The position numbers and the translations under genes are program-made. From contig JAHLWZ010000812.1 in assembly GCA_020536535.1 (NCBI GenBank), forward strand, positions 55,163 to 119,162: DNA of 64,000 nucleotides. The letters run 5' to 3'. The notes beneath the pieces are model-generated. The model was not told the DNA's origin. It did not search any database and saw only the letters and a program-made list of their open reading frames with translations. Source of the DNA: Pelomyxa schiedti (Eukaryota; Protista; Evosea). Below, one piece after another: positions 55,901 to 64,000 of the stretch (position 1 is the first letter of the stretch; each line of letters begins with the position of its first letter).

Positions 55901-56493
55901 CAATTACTTAGTCAAGACACACCACATGTGTGGGCACATTTCAAAGCACGAGCTGTTGAGAGTAGACTGCAGATGTATCTAACGGAATGGTTTGAACTTT
56001 CTTTTGTGGTTGATGGCTCTATAATATCGCCTATTACAGGTTTATCACGTTATACCTGCGTGTACTTCCATATGACATCGTAGCTGGTGTTTTTGACCTT
56101 CTGTTTTATGAAGGATATGAAGTTTTGTATGCTGTCACTGTAGCCATTTTCTACACCTTCCGAAGTATTATGCCAACCTTCTTCAACTCAATTAAACGAA
56201 GCAGAGGAAATCCTTGCTGTAAATGATGATGGCCTTCTTGTCAACAAAGTGAGAGATATACACCTTCTCTTCGACAGCTGTCAAATCAGCACTGAGGAGT
56301 TTCTCACCAATACCACGAAATTCTTGCACAGCAGGAAAGAACTACCAACATTTTCACCCACCAAACTACCCAGCACCACAACACCAGGGACTCCACTTAG
56401 GATGTCACAGTGTACATCACCACCCCCTCGTAAGGTATTAAATGCCCACATTATCGTTACCAATGGCTGATATGAAACTAGGACTCCTCATGA
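52970..56493 (+). CDS. Ankyrin-repeat + TBC-domain Rab GAP
   Basis: Several ankyrin repeats (TALHAAVING, TPLHLG, GNTPLHVAV, VPLHLAV, ETALHQAV); TBC motifs KGVPASVRPVVW, QIDADVKR, SLGYRQGM. Confidence 0.9.
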
Positions 56494-56654
56494 ACAGAAA
56501 GTAAAATTAGCATTATTGTCTCCCTCTTTCTGAAAGGAAAGAGGAGAGAAAATGTGACTAAATGTAACAAATTTTGGTTCTTTCATTCACAATTTTTCAA
56601 AACAAACAACAAGCAACACCCTAGGTTCTTGTCTTCCCAAAAGCACCCACAAAC

Positions 56655-57670
56655 ATGTTGTTACGTAGGCTATCCAAGACACTCCACACGCCTCCAATCA
56701 TAGAGTCATCCACGTTGCAGCAACAGCAGCAACAACCAGGTGATTTGAGTAGTAGTGAGGTTCAACAACAGCCACAATCCAACGGCGAAGGTCACAGTCA
56801 TCATGGTCACCACATACACTTGCATCACCATCATCAGCACATCGAGCCTGCTGTTGTGGATCCCGCTGCGGCTGTGAGGGTACTTCTGGAGGCCGAGCAT
56901 GAGGTATGCTATTCATTGTGTGTTTGTGTGAGCAAAGATAGTAGGATTGTATAGTACAAATACCAAGATAATGTCTGCGGTGGTGATTGATAATAGGCTG
57001 TTATGTTAGGCTGAATTGATAGTCAAGGCAGCTAGATCCGTGAGGTCTGAAATGCTCAAGCACGCCAAAGAGGAGGCTCTCACGGAAACTTCCACCATGA
57101 AGAACGAATTTGAACAACACCTGGAAGAAATCAGGCAGCAGGTTTGATTGCATTCCCAGTTCCCTGTTATCAATGCACTTTATCAATGTGACTTGTGCAC
57201 TTCAAGTGTATTAATACTACGATGACGTCACACTCAAACTCGCACTCGTTGCCTTCCCACCAATTAACCCATCCCATAAGTGCGGAAATGAAGTTGAGGC
57301 AGCGAGGATCCAAACAGCCAAGAGGGTCAAGGAGACCCAAGCGGCGATCCGCACCACGGTCGCAGACAACGGCCCCAAAGTAGCCAGATTCCTCGTAGAG
57401 TGCGTTGTGGGCGAAGAATGCATAGACGCTGACAGCCTGGACCAGGTCCACCACGACTACAATCCCACAATGACGAGCCGCAGGCGCAGCAGCACCTACG
57501 AAGACCTCTTTGGAGTAGCCGCAACCGCCGTGACACGCCGCGACGACGCCGTTGTGGAATCTAGCAACGCCAAGGAGGATGTCGAGGCACCGCCATCACA
57601 AAACGCAGATGTACCCACGACGAGCCAATTAGGCACAGCATATCAACAGCAGCCTGGAGACGAACCATGA
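56655..57670 (+). CDS. V-ATPase subunit G-like protein with N- and C-terminal extensions, 3 exons
   Basis: Spliced core AVRVLLEAEHE|AELIVKAARSVRSEMLKHAKEEA...NGPKVARFLVECVV fits the V-ATPase G pattern (LLxAExxAxxxVxxAR...LKxAKEEA). Confidence 0.75.
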
Positions 57671-57733
57671 TCATGATCAAAAATTTTTCACTGAAAAAAG
57701 AGAATCGTTTGGTTGGAAGTTGGTCATTGGTTA

Positions 57734-60700
57734 TTAGGACGTTACGGTAAAGGAAGACGAGAGGGTTGAGGATTGTGGGAGGGAGCTGTCAGTTGTCACC
57801 CACACATTGAATTGTCCCGGCTCGACAATGAGCTGGTCCATGGCTGTAGTGTAGAACGCAAGTTGCGTGGCTGCAACCGTGAAGCTAACTTGCGTGGATC
57901 GCCCAGGGCTCAGTGAAACTTTGGAGAACCCAAATAGCTGCATTTCCCACCTTACAACACTGGCAATATCATCGCCGATATCTAAGGCAACGGGGAGGAG
58001 AGTTAGTCTTTGGGAGTTGTGGGAACTTGAAAATCGGAATTGTGTGCCAATGAATGTATTTTGATTCTGGGTGAATAGGGATAGATAGATATTGTGAGCG
58101 GGGATTGTTACATAGTTGCACGACTTCGGTCCCTGTTCGAGTGCCGGTGTTTTTAATTGTGCATGTTATAGAAACAGTTCCAGTGGGGGACAGTGTGGCC
58201 GGGGATATTATCAGATTTGACAGAGCAAATTGAGTGTAACTGTTACAGAATGAAAAAAAGAAAGAAAAAGAGCTACGCGGCAGAAAACATTACCTGAGGC
58301 CAAATCCAAAAGGGAACAGAGGTGTAGACGGTTCAAATGTGTACATTCTCCCATCATACTCCCGGAATTTCTAACCAATACTAAGTGCTTGTTACTTGGG
58401 AAAGACCAACAAACTTGGTAGTAGGGTTGACTTGGCCCATAGATTTGCCCAGCTGAAAATGGCCAGGAGGACACCAGTTTTCCTCCTGGAACCCGGTCCC
58501 CGAATATTATTGAGGTTATTGCATTTCCACCTTCCTCCCCTGGTCGCCATGACGCCAATAACGCGGGAAGAGCTGACAACAGATTGTTGGAGGCTTTTTT
58601 AAAGGTAAGTAAATGTGCACAAAGCAATATAGGCTCACCAGCAGTGCCAAAGGTGGCAGGGCGCCCGTGAATGAGAGTGCAAACTACAGGCTTCTTACAA
58701 GTGAGAAGTGCATCCAAGAGGTATAGCTTAGTGTATTGAGTTGAGTTGAGGAACACTTTTTTAAAGTAAAAAGATACCTGACCACCAGCAAGATCAATGG
58801 AGGGTCTGTCACCATACCTTCCACCCTTGTTTGTGTGAGAGGAATCGGAGTGGTCTGAAAAAAGTGAACCCAAGACTCTTCACAGGTATCTTGTGTGTCT
58901 CCAACAAAGACAAGAGCCACATCACTGTTACACGCAGCATCGACGGCACTTGGACAAGTTAAAAGGAAAATGGTACTGGTGCTTGCCAAGTAATACCTCT
59001 GTACCATGGACAAATCTTTGTCCATTACATTGCAACCTCGTTGGTAAGTCACTGACATTCCTTTTGCTCCTCCATATGACTGAATGGCTTCTAAAGGAGT
59101 GACAACATGTGCGCCATAGTTGGTATACCCTCCGGGTTGGGAGTACGAGTCGTTTGCCAAAGGACCAATTACAGCAACGGACTTAATGGTTGACGAAAGT
59201 GGCAATATATTTCCAGTATTCTAGTACGTGGTAAGTGAATATAGCGGGAAAAGATGGTACCTTGAGCAACACTATAGATTGAATGGCTGCTTCCTTTGCT
59301 AGTTCTCTGTTGGTAGAACTATCAAGTTCATCAAGTCGTTCAGTGTAAGCAAAGGGTGCATCAAAAACGCCCGAACTGAATTTTACTTTCAAAACTCTTC
59401 TCACGGCCCTTCAGGACAATATTACCGCACAAGAGGTTAAAAAAGTTTGAAACCTGTCAATTTGATCAACAGAGACTTTGTTGTCCTTAACAGCATCAAC
59501 AAGATAAGGATAGCTGTAAGCACTCAAGTCCATGTCAACACCGGCAGAAAGTGCCAATGTAGCTGCATCTTCTTCAGTTTTTGCCAGACGATATCCTTGA
59601 AGTCCAGAAATATCGTTCCAGTCACTGGAGAAGAGTTAATCTTATGAAACCTGCCAGGTCAACCTTGTGAGCATCCCATCCCATCCCCATTCTCCACGCA
59701 AGACCTAAATTTGAAACATGAATGCACAGAGTTGCATAAATATACATACAGTTTCAAGAAGCCAGGTGCTTGCGTGTGAAGGCAGTCCCAGGTGCGTTAT
59801 TTCGTTATGCGATGGCATTATAGAGGCCGTTCCAGCCTTTACTGCAGCTTGAAATGGTTGAAAGTACACTTCTCTCAGAGTTCTTTCACTAATATCGGCA
59901 GCAGACCCATCTTGCCCGGCTCTTGTTACCTACATTTGGACATTAAAAAAAAAAAGCCTATGTGTAAGGAGAGATACTCCATAGGCAGCAAAGTGCTTTG
60001 TTGTGGCAATTATAGAAGAGTTGAAATCGTAATACCCGTTTTCATTTAGAGTTCCTAAGAGAATTTATTCCCATACTAGAGGGTGTGCTTGACAATTACC
60101 TTGCAAGCCATTAATACTGGCAGTCGCCATGGAAGCAGTGAGAAAGGGATCTTCCCCCCATCCCTCTTGGTATCTTCCAAACCTTGGATCCTAATAGAAA
60201 GGTGGCATATACATGTTCACTACTGAGTAACAAAACTAGCACCGCCATACTGTGTACAAATTGATATTCGGGCTGAAGCTCCGAGTGGCACCCGTGATTC
60301 TGGAAAGATTGAACATAAGACTGACCCCGCAAAGCATAAATAATACCGTGTTTCCACTGCGATTGTGCGGTGAACTTCCTGAACTAATGTAGTGTTCCAT
60401 GTGCAAGCGAGGTTGATAGGCATAGGAAATATTGTTCCCCCACAAGCTCCCCCGTGAAGAGATTCCTAATGATAGAACTCCGAGTCAGTGCAAGTTAGGG
60501 TGAAAATCCAACAACTTGGATGAATTCAATGGGAATGGCTAGACGAGATTGAGCCATCATTGCGGATTGAAGTTGATTTCTCTGCTCTGCCCCTGTACCA
60601 TTTGGTGCCGTCCCTGTCCAACACGATGACACGCTGCTCAGCATTAAGAGATGAACTTGGCTAAGTGATTGACCGATTCAATACGAGCTTACCTGTTCAA

Positions 60701-60968
60701 ATAATAGGCACCCACGCCAGTGTCACCGTATTGTTCCAGTAACTCGTCCGGTGTTGGCAAAGTGGGCACCAACAATTGATTCACCTGTCACAGGAGATGA
60801 GTGCATGGTACAAAAAAAAAAAACTTAAAGTATCTAGACACATGCCTTCTCTTGCAGTGTCATTTGGGCCAGGAGTTGTTCCACCCTGTCGTCGACCTCG
60901 TCCCCTCCCACAATCCCAACCCCAGCCACCACAACCCACACTACCAACCAACCGCAACGGCTCGTCAT
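57734..60968 (-). CDS. Secreted/lysosomal GH3 beta-glucosidase (BglX-like) with an Fn3-like C-terminal domain
   Basis: Signal peptide MTSRCGWLVVWVVVAGVGIVGG, RVEQLLAQMTLQEK, DPRFGRYQEG.GEDP, KHFAAYG, nucleophile motif MLTSDW, SIVLLK, AVIGPLA, C-terminal LFGFSKVSLSPG...VEPGQF. Confidence 0.95.
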
Positions 60969-61124
60969 TTTGTAGATTCGTCCGATCGGCTAAACCGAAA
61001 ACAAGAAGAATCTGTTCTGCATACCATGGGACTGTTTCCCAATCATTCTCAACTGAGTGTTGAACGATCACCAAAAGAATGCTCAAGAAGTTACTGTCTT
61101 CTTGAGCTTTTTTGCTTTTTTTTT

Positions 61125-64000
61125 TCAAGGACCGGAAGAAATGTAAGGTGACAGTGCGGAGAGGCAACGGGATACACGGGTCTGTGTGATGGTGTCAGTC
61201 ACTGTGGAAATGTTGCCACCTGTGGAGTCTTCGTAAAAAAGCATGGTGAGGCAACAGAACAACAGCTTCTCGATCACAGCAAACGGCGGCCTGTCAGTCT
61301 CTTTTTGTTTGTTAACACTTCGTTTGGTTTGCAGATGGATGATTGCGGATTCGCAAAGAAGGGAAGAAGGAGGGGAAAACAACCCGGGATTGAGAGGCAT
61401 GACTGGACAACAGAACACAGAAGGTCAGAAGCAGCAACTGGAACATTTACGGCTAATGCCGGGTCATGCGCGAAGTCTGCCACAATTTGAAGGCAGGCAC
61501 TTCTTCGGCAGAGGTACTCCGCAACCGGAGATTCGCCAGCCACTTGGCAAAGCCTCGTGACTTCTGTGAGGGGTGTTATAAATCTGAGGTGGCTGCAGAA
61601 ACATACCCTCTGCGGCCTTTGCTGAAAGCAGCTTCGTTTGATCTGAGAAGAAAGTGGCTTGTGCCTGCAAAGGCAGCCTATTAAACTGGGATTCGACAAT
61701 TTGGCCATGTGCCATTTCACTCATCAAAATTCCAAACATCCACATGTCTCCTTTGGTTTGTTTGTTTGTTACGAGGAAAAGCAAAACAAACACGACCAAC
61801 GACCTGCAATTGAGTACTGATTTGTAAGCATTTGGGGAGATATGTAAATTGGTGTGCCAGGTCCAATAGTTTTGCTTGAGGTGGTCAATGTCCGGCTGAG
61901 ATTCAGTTCCCTTGACACTCCTTTTGTTTTGTTTGAATAATGAGTTCAATAGAATCATAATTCACTGTAGGGGAATCGAACCAAAGTCGCATATCTTGGG
62001 GGTTCCATTGAGATCCAAAAGGATGTTATTGCTGCTGAGGTCTCTGTGCATGTAATTTTGCCTGGATGAAACTTATTTTGGAATGCCCCAAAAGAAATTG
62101 GAAACATCAAACCTGTGGAGTGCATCCATTCCTCTTGCTATTCCATCAGAAATCGCTGCCACTTCTTGCACATTGAATCTTTTCTTGTTAAAGTTATAAT
62201 AAGATTAGAATAAAAGAACTACAGCGCAGACTTGTGAGTGCATACTTTTTGAAGGAGCTGCCTGAGGCTGCAAGCCATGAGTTCAGATACAATCCACAAT
62301 TGCCCGGACGAAGTTTTACATGTCCCGATGCACTTTACGATGTTGGGGTGCCTCAATCCGGACACAATCTGAGGAGAGTTCTCTCAGCACACACCACTTG
62401 ATTAATACGCACACATACCTCAGCTTCAGAATGGAATTTCTCGATGTTGTACTCCGACAGAATGGCTTCATGAAGTGCCTTCACTGCAAGAGCTCTGCCA
62501 GTGGCATCTATGTATTTGAAAACTGTTCCATAGCTCCCAGAACCCAGTGCACACGAAAATTGAAGATCTCCCTCTCTTATTTCCATGACTGGTTTGAGTC
62601 TCACGCTCACTCTTGGAACTGCGTCCAGCACCAGCACCTCCGAACTTCCTAAAAGACGAAAGTTGGGTAAGCAGCGGGCATCCCAGAGTTAAGGGTACCT
62701 TGTCGTACCACCTCAAACAGAGTTGTTGATTGATCAATTATTGGAACTGCCACGGCTTGTCCATTGCTTTTAATAATACTGACAGATAGATCTTGGCAGT
62801 TTTCATCCAATCCAAATCTCTTTTGGACTTCCATCTTTACAACCTTTTTTCCTCAAGGTTAAGAAGAGGAAAGTGAATAAGTATTTTCTCAAGGCGCACC
62901 TTTTCAAAGGGACAATCACAACAAAAACTTTCTGAAAACGTTGTGTTGTGCTTCTCCAAGGTGATTTCAACTGTCTTAAGAGACAAAGGAGGGGAATTGA
63001 GCCAATGTCCACCTTGAATGTGCTGCAGGACGTGGGACAGTTCTGATATGGGTGGGAGTCAGATAAAAGTTGAGAAAGTGGGCACTGTGCCGGATTTTTT
63101 ACTCTCCACTTGGTGGGAGAGTGCTGCGCACTGGCGAGCAGTGGCTTGAAGCTCTTCGTTTTCTTGAGAGATTTTTGCAACTGTGCACTTCATCTGACTT
63201 ACCTCGCCTTCCAGCTGGGTTCTTTCACTTCTCAACTTGGTAATTTCAGCTTTTTGTTCCTTCGACTTGTTGGTTAAAAAAAAGAGATTGGTAAGTATAG
63301 CACCTCTAATTGGCGCTCACTTGTTCCAAGGCAGACCCGGATGCCAGGAGCTTCGAAGAATCCTTTTTGGAGCCTCCCAGTGACAGGAGCTTGTGACCCA
63401 CCACTGAAAGTTGCCGAGCCTTTCCCGTCACCGCCAGCACCAAAGGTCCCCTCGAATTTGTCACAATTTCGCCAGATCATCGTGCCCTTCCTTGGGCAGC
63501 CATTCTGCCAAGTCCCATCGAACGCGGTGCCGGCCTTCGCCCACATCATCTTCCCTTGGCCGCACCGCTCCCCCGCCTCCCAGAGCCCCGCGTACTTGTC
63601 CCCATTGGCCCAGGTCCTCGTGCCTTGCCCGTGGAACAGGCCCGCCTTCCACTCGCCGCTGTACCACCCGTCCTCGTGCGCCTTCTCGTGCTCGCGGTCC
63701 CTCACCACCAGGGTGGCCCTGCCCTTGCCCTCCTTCTTGTCGCCGCGGAACTCCCCGTTGTAGACCCCGCCGGCGCCCGGCCCCTCTGTCTCCCACTCGG
63801 TGCCCCTGCCGTGCCGCTTGCCCTGCTGCCACTCCCCGCAGTACGCGATGGCCGCGACGGTCAGCACCCCCCTCCGCGTCCCTTTCGGCGACGGTCCCCT
63901 TGCGCAGCACGCCCCAGCCGTGCTGTCGCTGCCTGTGGTGCTCGTGATCGTGCACACTGTGTGGTGTGTGGCGCTGCTTGGTTGTGCGATCAGTGCATCC
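61125..64000 (-). CDS. MORN-repeat + coiled-coil + TKL-like protein kinase; 5' end lies beyond the window
   Basis: MORN repeats (YCGEWQQGKRHGRG, YSGEWKAGLFHGQGTRTWANGDKY); kinase motifs LGSGSYGTV, AVK, HPNIV, HRDLSSNN, CDFG, GTPIYISPQ, DMWMFG, RPPF. The reading frame is open to the window edge. Confidence 0.9.

Overview
Compact, gene-dense eukaryotic DNA in the standard genetic code, with many short (mostly 30-60 nt) GT-AG introns. It is most consistent with an intron-rich protist; an amoebozoan or archamoeba-like organism is an inference only. About 21 protein genes are present: DLD 3' end, USP53/54-like DUB, F-box-Arf fusion, PNUTS-like, NDR kinase, TBC1D22, NT-C2/DIL protein, DnaJB, PB1-UBA protein, TrmO, YCII, XLF/NHEJ1, a SelO/kinase-like protein, a P-loop NTPase, ankyrin-TBC, V-ATPase G-like, GH3 beta-glucosidase, a MORN-kinase, two hypothetical genes and one giant C2 gene. 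There is also a frameshifted pogo/Tc5-type transposase and a frameshifted olfactomedin-like fragment. The standout is the ~14.8 kb gene (24582-39389) encoding an N-terminal PH-like domain followed by about 25 tandem copine-type C2 domains, with no vWA domain or transmembrane anchor seen. Other notable signals are the F-box-Arf fusion with altered G3/G4 motifs, strong CpG depletion over the transposon and neighbouring NTPase gene versus CpG-island-like gene 5' ends, and a stop-to-start gap of only 23 bp upstream of XLF. Gene models were spliced by eye. Spans include introns, and not every internal exon junction was verified.
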